Shown here piece by piece: positions 9,609 to 18,454 of a stretch of DNA of 64,000 nt. Made by a program: the position numbers and the translations under genes. The notes under the pieces are model-generated. The model had not been told where the DNA came from and searched no databases. It worked only from the letters and a program-made list of their open reading frames with translations. Source of the DNA: Polyangiales bacterium (GTDB lineage: Bacteria; Myxococcota_A; Polyangia; Polyangiales; Ga0077539); assembly GCA_044229975.1 (NCBI GenBank), contig JBGARZ010000016.1:148352-212351 (forward strand). Direction: 5' to 3'. Position 1 is the first letter of the stretch, and every line of letters begins with the position of its first letter.

Positions 9609-11780
9609 ATGTCGCGCCAACTCTCCCTCGCGCTCGCCGCGCTGTTCGTCGCGCTCCTCTTCACACCTGCCGCCCACGCCCAGGCGCCCGCCGCCGCGCC
9701 CGGCTCGTGGGCCTCGCAGCTCGACGAGCTCACCCGCTGGGTCGAGACCCACCGCGGACCCGAAGCGTGCACCGAGCGCTGCTTCGCGCTCACCCGCGTG
9801 CGCATCACCGGCTCGCTCGAACCAGGTCCCCTCCAGTTCGAGCTCGAAGGCGCCGTGCTCGCCCCCGGTACCGTCACCATCCCCCTCTTCGGTCCGCCCG
9901 GCCGCGTGCGCCTCGACAACGTCACCCAGGATGGCACACCCGCCGCCGTCAGCTTCGACGATGAGGCGTACTTCGTCCGCACCGCCGCGCGCCGCTTCGT
10001 CATCCGCGGCTCGCTCGCCCTTCTCGACGAGCTCGCCCTCACCATCCCCGGCCCCCTCAACCTCCTCGACGCCGAGGTCACCGGCGCCCGCGTCGTCGAG
10101 GGCGCCCACCTCGCGGGCCTCTCCAACGCCACCCTGCACTTCGACCGCGGCGTCCCCGCAGCGCCCACCGCTGGACCGACGGTCTACCAGCGCTCCCACG
10201 CCGTCCGCGTCGGTCGCGAGATCGGCTTCACCGACCGCGTCGTCCTCCAGTCCGGAACCGACCTCGGCGTCGTCAGCCTCCCGCTGCGCAACGGCGAGCG
10301 CGTGCTCGACGTCAACGGCGCCGTCGGCTGGCGCCAGGAGGGCACGGCCCTGTTGCTCCCCACCGTCGGTCGCTCGGCCGATGTCACCATCACCGGGACG
10401 CTCCCCTCCGTCGGGAGCTTCGAGCCCGACCCGCGCTCGGAGTACGAGTGGTGGCTGCTTGAGTCCGACGCCGAGCACCGCCTCACCGTCACCGGCGACG
10501 CCCGGCAGATCGACGCCGCCGAGTCGCCCATCCCGCGCACCATGGCGGGCGCGCGGCTCTACCTCGTCGAGCGCGGACACCACCTCGCCGTCGCCGTTGA
10601 GACGCTGCACAGCCTCGACGCGCTCGCGGCCGTCGTCCATGCCCACCGCCGCACGACGGTGCTCACCCGCCGCGGCGACCTCGTCTCCGACGACGCCATC
10701 ACCTACGAGAACAACGGCATCGATTTCCTCACCCTCGACCCACGGGCCCGCCCCATCTACCTGGCCACCGACGGGACCGCCGAACGCATCATGCACGCCG
10801 ACCAGGGCGCTCGTGAGGTGCTGGTCTCGCTGCGCAACGGCCGCCACAACGTGCGCGTCCAGACCCTCGGCACCGCGTCCCTTGCGCTCTTCGGTGGCTC
10901 CTTCGAGGTGCCGACCCCGACCTACCGTTTGACGGCTAGCCGCGTGACGGTGGACGTCGGGTTCCCCGCCTTCGTGACGCCGTTGGCGGTGCTCGGAGGA
11001 GACCGCGCGTGGCTCGCCTTCAACCTCGACGACCTGCTCGCGGTGCTCTTCGCGCTCGGCCTCGGTTGGGCGCTCGAACGCGACGCCGCCCGCCGTGTGC
11101 TGCTCGGCGCGGTCATCGCAGGAACGTGGTTCGTGTCAGGTGCACTCTACGCGGTGGCGATCCTGGGCGCGGCCGTGTGGGTGCTCCGCGGGCTGATCTT
11201 CCGTCGGCGCTCGCTCGCGAGAACCGCGGTGTACTGCGCCGTGGCGGCCATCGTCGCGATCGGCGTCGGGAGCATCGTCGCCACCAGCCGCAGCACGCGA
11301 GGACCGGTGATGACCAATGTCGCGCCCATCGTCGCGACGGTTCCGCAGGTGCAGTCGCGGGCGACGCCCGGCACCGAGACTTGCAACAACCTGGACGACG
11401 ACTGCAACGGGGCGGTCGACGACGGCAACGGTCGCCTCGACAACAACAACAATCCCCTCCAGCGCACGGGGCGTGGGCTCCTCAACGCCTACCAGGCGGT
11501 CACCGACAGCGCCGCCATGGTGCAGGGCGTGACGCCCGTCGCCATCACCCTGCCCGCGTACGAGCGGGTGGTGGGCGTCTCGCGCGAGCTCGTCACCCGC
11601 GAGCGTCCGTTTCACCCGCACGTGCTCTACGTGACCTCGTGGACCACCGGGCTCCTCGGCTTCACCTGGGCGCTGCTCGTTCTGCTTCTGGCGCGCTCGC
11701 ACCGTGAGGCGCTCACCCGCTGGAGCGCCGCGCTGCGCGACCGCCTGCGCGTCGAAGAGGCGCCCGCGGAGACCCCATGA
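9609..11780 (+). CDS. Exported multi-pass membrane protein of unknown function
   Basis: Signal peptide, large beta-rich region, several TM helices, single ETCNNLDDDCNGAVDDG motif; stop overlaps next ATG (ATGA). Confidence 0.75.
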   Translation: MSRQLSLALAALFVALLFTPAAHAQAPAAAPGSWASQLDELTRWVETHRGPEACTERCFALTRVRITGSLEPGPLQFELEGAVLAPGTVTIPLFGPPGRVRLDNVTQDGTPAAVSFDDEAYFVRTAARRFVIRGSLALLDELALTIPGPLNLLDAEVTGARVVEGAHLAGLSNATLHFDRGVPAAPTAGPTVYQRSHAVRVGREIGFTDRVVLQSGTDLGVVSLPLRNGERVLDVNGAVGWRQEGTALLLPTVGRSADVTITGTLPSVGSFEPDPRSEYEWWLLESDAEHRLTVTGDARQIDAAESPIPRTMAGARLYLVERGHHLAVAVETLHSLDALAAVVHAHRRTTVLTRRGDLVSDDAITYENNGIDFLTLDPRARPIYLATDGTAERIMHADQGAREVLVSLRNGRHNVRVQTLGTASLALFGGSFEVPTPTYRLTASRVTVDVGFPAFVTPLAVLGGDRAWLAFNLDDLLAVLFALGLGWALERDAARRVLLGAVIAGTWFVSGALYAVAILGAAVWVLRGLIFRRRSLARTAVYCAVAAIVAIGVGSIVATSRSTRGPVMTNVAPIVATVPQVQSRATPGTETCNNLDDDCNGAVDDGNGRLDNNNNPLQRTGRGLLNAYQAVTDSAAMVQGVTPVAITLPAYERVVGVSRELVTRERPFHPHVLYVTSWTTGLLGFTWALLVLLLARSHREALTRWSAALRDRLRVEEAPAETP

Positions 11781-12775
11781 AGGCCGCCCTCTTCCACCAG
11801 TACGGCGACGCCGACGTGATGCGCGTCGAGGACGTCGCCGACCCGACGCCCGGCCCGCGTGACGTGCTCGTCCGTGTCCACGCGGCGAGCGTCAACCCGG
11901 TCGATTGCAAGATCCGCTCGGGGGCCCAGCGCGCGGTCATCCACTACCGCCTGCCGCAGATCACCGCGATGGACGTCTCGGGCGAGGTCATCGCCGTCGG
12001 CGATCGGGTCACCCGCTTCAAGGTCGGCGACGCCGTCATCTCTTCCCCGACACACCGCCGACCCGGGACCTGCGCCGAGCTCGTCGCCATCGACGAGTCC
12101 GCGGTAGCGCTCAAGCCCGCTCGACTCGACCACTTCCAGGCCGCGGCGCTCCCGCTCGCGGGGCTCACCGCGTGGGCCTCGCTGGTCGACGCCATGCGTG
12201 TGCACTCGGGCCATCACGTCTTCATCCAGGCAGGCGCCGGCGGCGTCGGAACCATCGCCATCCAACTGGCGAAGCACCTCGGCGCGGAGGTCGCCACGAC
12301 GTGCAGCGCGCGCAACGTGGACTTCGTTCGCTCGCTCGGGGCCGACCGGGTAATCGACTACAACGTCGAGCGCTACGAGCAGGTGCTGGGCGAGCAGGAC
12401 TCGGTGCTGGAGTCCATCGGCGGAGAAGCCAACGCGCGCTCGCTCGCGGTGCTCAAGCGCGGCGGCCGGATGTCACTGGTGGTGAGCGGCATCCCCGAGG
12501 CGGTGAAGAAGCACGGCGCGTACGGCGGCGTGGCGAGGGCCATCGCGGCGCAGGCGGGCTACATCGTGGGCGCTTGGTGGCACAAGCGCGTGGTGGTGAA
12601 GATGGTCGTCCGGCCGACCGACGGGGCGATGCTGCAACGGCTCGCAGACGTCGTGGAGTCGGGGGCGGTGACGCCGGTGGTGGACGCGGTGCTGCCGCTC
12701 GCCGACATCGCCGAGGCGCACCGTCGCGTGGAGTCGGGGCGCACCCGCGGGAAGATCGTCATCCAGCTTCGCTGA
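11777..12775 (+). CDS. NADP-dependent oxidoreductase (MDR / quinone oxidoreductase family)
   Basis: AASVNPVD, AGAGGVG, GADRVIDY, GRTRGKIVI. Confidence 0.92.
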   Translation: MKAALFHQYGDADVMRVEDVADPTPGPRDVLVRVHAASVNPVDCKIRSGAQRAVIHYRLPQITAMDVSGEVIAVGDRVTRFKVGDAVISSPTHRRPGTCAELVAIDESAVALKPARLDHFQAAALPLAGLTAWASLVDAMRVHSGHHVFIQAGAGGVGTIAIQLAKHLGAEVATTCSARNVDFVRSLGADRVIDYNVERYEQVLGEQDSVLESIGGEANARSLAVLKRGGRMSLVVSGIPEAVKKHGAYGGVARAIAAQAGYIVGAWWHKRVVVKMVVRPTDGAMLQRLADVVESGAVTPVVDAVLPLADIAEAHRRVESGRTRGKIVIQLR

Positions 12776-14471
12776 GCGCGAACCCCAGCAGCGTGAGGTC
12801 GTCGGGCAGCGGTGCTCCGCCGCGGAAACGATCGAGCTCCGTGACGGTCGCGCGCATCGCGTCGGCGAGCTCACCGGGCGCGCCGAGCAACGCCAGCACG
12901 GACGCTTCATCGAGGCGTACGCCCGACGGGGACCACTGCTCGACGAGGCCATCGGTGTACGCAAAGAGCCGGTCGCCCGCGAGCAGCGGGGCCTCGCGGT
13001 CGGCGTAGTCGGCGGCGACGGTCATCCCCACGAAGCTGCCGGGCTCGTACAGCTCCACCACCTCCGCGCGGCGCAACACCACCAGCGGGAGCTGTCCCGC
13101 GTTGGCGTAGCGGAGGCGCCAGCCCGCGGCCTCGGGGACGAGGTCGAAGCAGCACGCCGAAAAGCGCATCTGCCGGTCGGGGTGCATCGCGACGGCGTCG
13201 GCGTTGATGCGCGCGAGCAGCGCGGCGGGCGTCGCGGCGACAGCCTTGTGGCGCTCGTAGAGGGTCTTCACCACCATCGTTCGCAGGCTCGCCTGAACCC
13301 CGTGGCCCACCGTGTCGGCGAGAAACACCCGCAGTCCCCCGCCCGGCCTCGCGGCCACGTCGTAGAGGTCGCCGCCCACCACCTCCGCGGGCTCGTAGCA
13401 GGCGTGCACCGTGACGCCCGACGCCAGCGCGCGAACGTCCGCCATCGCCGGGAGCATCGCCCGCTGGAAGGCGCTGGCCTCGCGCAGGTCGGCGTCGATC
13501 ACGGCGCGTCGCGTCTCCAGCTCGCGCAGCGCCTCGCGCAGCCGTTGGTCGGCGGCGCGGCGCTCGCTGATGTCACGGATGATCCCGCTGTAGAACGACG
13601 CCTCCCCGACGCTCCAGCGCGCGAGCGACAGCTCGACGGGGAAGAGCGTCCCGTCGCGGCGGATGCCTTCGAGCTCCACGGTGCGCCCCAGCACCCGCGG
13701 CGGCGCTCCCTCGCGCTGGCGGGCGATGCCGCGCTCGTGCGCTTCGTTGTAGGCGGGCGGGACGATGCGCGCGAGGGGCTGCCCGATGATGTCGGCCTCG
13801 GTGTAGCCGAACATGCCTTCGGCGGCGCGGTTCCAGAAGGTGATGCGGCCGTCGAGGTCGGCGCTCACGATGGCGTCGTTGGCCGAGCGCGCCACGGCCT
13901 GGAAGCGGCTCTCGGACTCGCGCAGCGCGGCGATGGTCCACTGCCGCTCGATGGCGTGGCCGAGCTCGCGGCCGATGATCTCCGCCGCGTCGCGCAGCGC
14001 GGCGTCGATGTCCGCGCCCTCCTCGGACGACGTGAAGAACTCCAGCACCGCCACCACCCGCGCGCCCGCCAGCACCGGAAACGCGAAGCCCGTCGTCACC
14101 TCGATGCCCGGGAAGTGCTTCGCCCGCGGGAAGTCCGGCTGGCTCGCGAGGTGGTCCATGAGCACGGCGCGCCCGCTGCTCATCACCCGACCCGGCAGGC
14201 CCCGGCCGGGCTCCAGTCGGGTGGACTCCGTCGCCTCACGGAAGCGCGCGAAGCGATCGAGGTCGTCGGAGCACCACACCCGCGCGGACACGAGCTCGCC
14301 GGTGCCGTCCTCGGCCAGTACGTATGCGTGCCCGAGGGGCCAGCCCAGGCCCGCGCGCACGCCTCGCAGCGCCGCGCGGAGGATCTCCTGCACCGACGTC
14401 GCCGCCTGGGCCGCGAGCAACGAATCCTTCAACACGCGGCGTGCGCGCCGCTCCTGCGTCAGTTCATCCAT
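12759..14471 (-). CDS. GAF-PAS-SpoIIE (PP2C) protein phosphatase
   Basis: PAS (WNRAAEGMFGY...FPVELS), VGGDLYD, ADTVGHG, NAGQ, YTDGLVE, DDLT. Confidence 0.9.
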   Translation of the reverse strand: MDELTQERRARRVLKDSLLAAQAATSVQEILRAALRGVRAGLGWPLGHAYVLAEDGTGELVSARVWCSDDLDRFARFREATESTRLEPGRGLPGRVMSSGRAVLMDHLASQPDFPRAKHFPGIEVTTGFAFPVLAGARVVAVLEFFTSSEEGADIDAALRDAAEIIGRELGHAIERQWTIAALRESESRFQAVARSANDAIVSADLDGRITFWNRAAEGMFGYTEADIIGQPLARIVPPAYNEAHERGIARQREGAPPRVLGRTVELEGIRRDGTLFPVELSLARWSVGEASFYSGIIRDISERRAADQRLREALRELETRRAVIDADLREASAFQRAMLPAMADVRALASGVTVHACYEPAEVVGGDLYDVAARPGGGLRVFLADTVGHGVQASLRTMVVKTLYERHKAVAATPAALLARINADAVAMHPDRQMRFSACCFDLVPEAAGWRLRYANAGQLPLVVLRRAEVVELYEPGSFVGMTVAADYADREAPLLAGDRLFAYTDGLVEQWSPSGVRLDEASVLALLGAPGELADAMRATVTELDRFRGGAPLPDDLTLLGFALSEAG

Positions 14472-14514
14472 CGGTGGGGCGATGAAAGCCGATCGACCCC
14501 TCGGCTGTCGATGG

Positions 14515-15528
14515 TCAACCGCCGTGACCGAGCGCCTGCGCGACCCGCTCGAAGGAGCGCATCCGCTCGGCGTGGTCGGCCGCGAAGGTGGTCACCATCA
14601 CCTCGTCGGCCTGCGTGAGCGCCACCAGCGACTCGACCCGCGCCCGCACCGTGTCGGGCGTCCCGATGATCTGCGCCGCGCGGATGCCCTCCACCGCCGC
14701 CGCCTCGGCCGAGGAGAAGACGTACGCGCGCGCCTCGGCGTCGTTGAGCAGCCGCGAGGGCCTGCCCGTCCGCAGCCGCGCGAAGGCCACGAGCGTCGGG
14801 ATGGCCATGCGCTCGGCGTCTTCCACCGTGTCGGCGCAGAAGATCGAGAGCGCCAGGATGGCGTGCGGCTTGTCGATGGCGCCGGGCTTGAAGCGCCGCC
14901 GGTACGCGAGCATGGGAGCTTCGGGCGAGGCGGGGCTGAAGTGCGCCGCGAAGGCGAAGCCGCGGCCGATCTCCGCCGCGAGGTGGGCGGAGTAGTCGCT
15001 CGACCCGAGGAGCCAGACGGGCGGCAGGGGGACGTCGTCGGGCTGCGCGGCGACGGTGGCGAAGGGATGCCCGCGGGGGAAGCTACGGTCGCCGCAGAAC
15101 CCGAGGAGCTCGGCGAGCTGGGCGGGGAAGTCGTCGGCGTAGACGGCCTCGCGCGAGCGGCGCAGGGCGAGGGCGGTGGTGGGGTCGGTGCCCGGGGCGC
15201 GGCCGAGGCCGAGGTCGACGCGGCCGGGGGCGAGGGCTTCGAGCAGGCGGTAGGACTCGGCGACCTTGAGGGGTGAGTGGTTGGGGAGCATCACGCCGCC
15301 CGACCCGAGGCGGATGCGGGTGGTGACCATGGCCGCGCGGGCGATCATGATTTCGGGCGTGGTGCTCGCGATGGCGGGCATGTTGTGGTGTTCGGCGTAC
15401 CAGACGCGGGAGTAGCCGAGGCGCTCGGCGTGCTGGACGAGCTCCAGGGAGTTGGCGAGCGCCTGCGCGCTGGTCATGCCGTTGGTGAGCGGGACGAGGT
15501 CGAGGACCGAGAGCGGCAGTGGGGTCAT
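14515..15528 (-). CDS. LLM-class flavin-dependent oxidoreductase (luciferase-like, YhbW type)
   Basis: LSVLDL, WYAEHH, GSGGVMLPNHSPL, LGLGRAPG, WLLGSS. Confidence 0.93.
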   Translation of the reverse strand: MTPLPLSVLDLVPLTNGMTSAQALANSLELVQHAERLGYSRVWYAEHHNMPAIASTTPEIMIARAAMVTTRIRLGSGGVMLPNHSPLKVAESYRLLEALAPGRVDLGLGRAPGTDPTTALALRRSREAVYADDFPAQLAELLGFCGDRSFPRGHPFATVAAQPDDVPLPPVWLLGSSDYSAHLAAEIGRGFAFAAHFSPASPEAPMLAYRRRFKPGAIDKPHAILALSIFCADTVEDAERMAIPTLVAFARLRTGRPSRLLNDAEARAYVFSSAEAAAVEGIRAAQIIGTPDTVRARVESLVALTQADEVMVTTFAADHAERMRSFERVAQALGHGG

Positions 15529-15613
15529 TGGGAGGATGCGGGTTGTGATCCCGCGCGTGCGGCAACGCCAGCCCTTCACTTCACCCGGGTCGAGGAACTA
15601 GTCTCCGCGCGCC

Positions 15614-16375
15614 ATGACGACGACGACGAAGCCCGCGTTTCTCAACTTCCGCGTCGACCACATGACGCTGCTCCTCCAGCCGGCGCTCTACAACGTGGCC
15701 TACGTGCTCTTCAAGACGGTGTTCGGCGTCGGCCCCGACGACCTCCTCTACGACAAGCGCAAGGAGTGGGTGCCCGGCGAGGGCGAGCAGTCGATGACCT
15801 ACGCGATGCGCCTCGGGCAGGGCGTCGACGACCCGAAGCTCACCAACACCATCGTGGCGGTGGTGCAGCCCTCGGAGCCCGCCAACCAGCCGTCGCACGT
15901 CCGCACGATGCTCGACTCGCACTCGGCGGCGGCGCACTGGCAGCACATCGCGCTGCGCACGCCCGACCTGCTGGCCTTCCACCAGCACGCGCTGGAGCGC
16001 GGCGTGAACTTCATCACCCCCATCCTCAAGGACGACGAGGAGAACCTCATCCAGGTGTTCAGCGGGGAGTGGTTCTTCCCGGGGACGAAGCCGAGCGGGA
16101 TGTTCTTCGAGTTTCTCCAGCGCGACCCCAACGACCAGGTCGTCGCGCAGCTCGCGAGCCAGAACCGCAAGTGGTTCCGCGACGAGACCTTCATCGGGCT
16201 CTACGTGGAGAAGGAGCGCGAGTACCAGAGCGGCGACGTGAGGCCCTTCGTCGACGACGCCCTCTTCACGCAGCTCCGCGAGCTCATCGGAACCAAGAAG
16301 ACCTGGGAGCTCGACGACGCCGTGCTGCGCGAGGCCGAGGCCCGCATGATGGACTACGCGCGCTCCAGGCGCTGA
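15614..16375 (+). CDS. VOC-superfamily protein resembling the C-terminal catalytic domain of 4-hydroxyphenylpyruvate dioxygenase
   Basis: VDH...WQHIALRT...LIQVFS...FFEFLQR. Confidence 0.7.
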   Translation: MTTTTKPAFLNFRVDHMTLLLQPALYNVAYVLFKTVFGVGPDDLLYDKRKEWVPGEGEQSMTYAMRLGQGVDDPKLTNTIVAVVQPSEPANQPSHVRTMLDSHSAAAHWQHIALRTPDLLAFHQHALERGVNFITPILKDDEENLIQVFSGEWFFPGTKPSGMFFEFLQRDPNDQVVAQLASQNRKWFRDETFIGLYVEKEREYQSGDVRPFVDDALFTQLRELIGTKKTWELDDAVLREAEARMMDYARSRR

Positions 16376-16385
16376 CGCCGCCCGC

Positions 16386-18083
16386 TCACCGCACCCACAG
16401 CCCATAGAACTCCGTCCCCGCGCCCGGCGTGATCGCGTCCGAGCGGTCGTTGACGTCGGCCCCGCCTGCGCGCGGGCTGCACGCCGACCCGCTGCAAAAC
16501 GCGCCCAACCCGGTGGGGTAGTCCACGTTGTCGCGGTAGCTCGTCGACAGGTACGTGCGGTCGCGGTTGGTGTCCTGCGCGCCGTCGGCCTCGCCCGCCT
16601 TCAGGTACAGCCGCGTGCGCGCGACGCCGTTGAGCAGCGCCGCGTCACCCGCCCTCGGCGTGGCGCTCGCGATGACGCACGCGTGGGTGCACTCCGGGTG
16701 GCGCGTGAACACCTCCGACCCGCCGCAGGTCCAGTCGAGGCGCGCGAGCGACGCCTGGAGCGACCGCCCCTGGAGGCACCCGTCGTCCGTCGCCAGCAGA
16801 AACTGGTTGCGGTGCGTCACCATCAACGCCCGCGCCTCCACGCTCACAAACGCCGTCGAGCGGTAGTCCGCGTTGGCCGTCGGGTCGAGCGTTCCGAAGG
16901 TCGCGGTGGTGCTCTCCCACGCGTTGGGCATCGGGGAGGTCACGAGCCAGTGTCCCGTGTCGGCTGCGTCGCCGAGGTTGGTCACCGTGGCCACGTAGGT
17001 CCATCCGCCGCCAGCCGTGGTCATGTCGCAGTACACCTCGAAGGGCGCGCCCATCCCTGCGCCGTCGGGGTCGATGGTGTACCGACCGTCCGCTGATGAT
17101 GGGCGCAGGGCCTTCTGTTCGAGGCAGCTCCGCGGGGGCGCGCAGCTCGACCCGGCGCAGCGACCGGTGGCGCAGACCATCCCGCAGCCGCCACAGTTGC
17201 GCGCGTCGGTGCGGGTGTCCGCCTCGCAGCCGTTGGCGGGCGCCGCGTCGCAGTCGCCGAAGCCGACATCGCAGCTCGCCACGCCGCACGCACCCGCCGC
17301 GCATCGGGCCGTTGCGTGGGCGGGCGAGCACGTCAGCCCGCAGCCGCCGCAGTGGGCCGCGTCGGTGGTGAGATCGGTCTCGCAGCCGTTGGCGGGCATC
17401 CCATCGCAGTCGCCGAAGCCCGCCTCGCAGGCGACGACGCGGCAGGTCGAGGCGACGCACGCGGGCGTGGCGTGGGCGAGGGCGCAGGTGAGCCCGCACG
17501 CGCCGCAGTTGGCGGGCGAGGTGGTGGTGTCGACGCAGCGATCGACGCAGAGGACCTGACCGGATGGGCACTGGCAGGCGCCCGCGACGCAGGCGGCTCC
17601 CGCGGCGCAGCGGGTGTCGCAGTCGCCGCAGTGGAGGGCGTCGGTGGCGAAGGTCACGCACGACGCGCCGCAGAGGGACTGTCCCGCGGGGCAGGTGATG
17701 CGACAGGTGGAGGCGCCGCAGACCTCGCCGGGCTGGCAGGCGCGACCGCAGGCGCCGCAGTGGGCGGCGTCGCTGGTGGTGTCGACACAGCGGCCATCGC
17801 AGAGGGCCTGGGTGGCCGCGCAGGTGGGCGGGACATCGGCCGCGGGGACATCGGCCGCGGGGACATCGACGACATCGGGCAGGGAGGGGACATCGGGCGA
17901 GGGGACATCGAGCGGGGAGGGGACATCGGTGGGACCGAGGTCGAAGGAGCCAGCATCGAGGGTCGCAACATCGGGCGCGTCGGTGTCGGCATCGGTGGAG
18001 CCGCCGACGACGGTAAGGTTGCTGCTACACGCGCTGGCCAGCGCGAGGCTGACGGCGACGACGGCGAGGCGGGCGGGGCGCAT
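16386..18083 (-). CDS. Cys-rich lipoprotein with C-terminal fibrinogen/intelectin-like domain
   Basis: Lipobox ASAC, repeated CVDTTSDAAHCGACG / DCDG..ANGCE units, YTIDPDG...VYCDMTTAGGGWT. Confidence 0.85.
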   Translation of the reverse strand: MRPARLAVVAVSLALASACSSNLTVVGGSTDADTDAPDVATLDAGSFDLGPTDVPSPLDVPSPDVPSLPDVVDVPAADVPAADVPPTCAATQALCDGRCVDTTSDAAHCGACGRACQPGEVCGASTCRITCPAGQSLCGASCVTFATDALHCGDCDTRCAAGAACVAGACQCPSGQVLCVDRCVDTTTSPANCGACGLTCALAHATPACVASTCRVVACEAGFGDCDGMPANGCETDLTTDAAHCGGCGLTCSPAHATARCAAGACGVASCDVGFGDCDAAPANGCEADTRTDARNCGGCGMVCATGRCAGSSCAPPRSCLEQKALRPSSADGRYTIDPDGAGMGAPFEVYCDMTTAGGGWTYVATVTNLGDAADTGHWLVTSPMPNAWESTTATFGTLDPTANADYRSTAFVSVEARALMVTHRNQFLLATDDGCLQGRSLQASLARLDWTCGGSEVFTRHPECTHACVIASATPRAGDAALLNGVARTRLYLKAGEADGAQDTNRDRTYLSTSYRDNVDYPTGLGAFCSGSACSPRAGGADVNDRSDAITPGAGTEFYGLWVR

Positions 18084-18154
18084 GGCGACGGTGATGCACC
18101 CGTCGTTGGGGGACAGGCAATCTATCGGGCGTGGAAGGGGCCTCGCGTTCGGGG

Positions 18155-18299
18155 CCAGAGGAGAAGCCGCCAGGACGCAAGGGTCGCAAGGGGGGACGGA
18201 GGGATCTCACGATGGTTGTTGGGGCTCCGCGACATGACAGCGTCGGGGCCTGTCCATTCCGTTCCTTGCGACCCTCGCGCCCTGGCGGCCCCTTTCTGG
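18155..18299. repeat. Long imperfect palindrome in divergent intergenic region
   Basis: gccgccaggacgcaagggtcgcaagg vs ccttgcgaccctcgcgccctggcggc (2 mismatches in 26), with further pairing inside and outside. Confidence 0.7.
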
Positions 18300-18454
18300 T
18301 CACACACCGACGGGCACTGGGACCTCCGACGTCTCACTCCACGCGGCAGGCGTCCTCGAACGAGAGGCGCGGGTGGAGCTTCGTCGCGAGCGCCGGAGCA
18401 TATCGCGGCGGGGTCACCGCGACGCCCGCTCGCCGCGGTACCGTCGCGCTCCGC

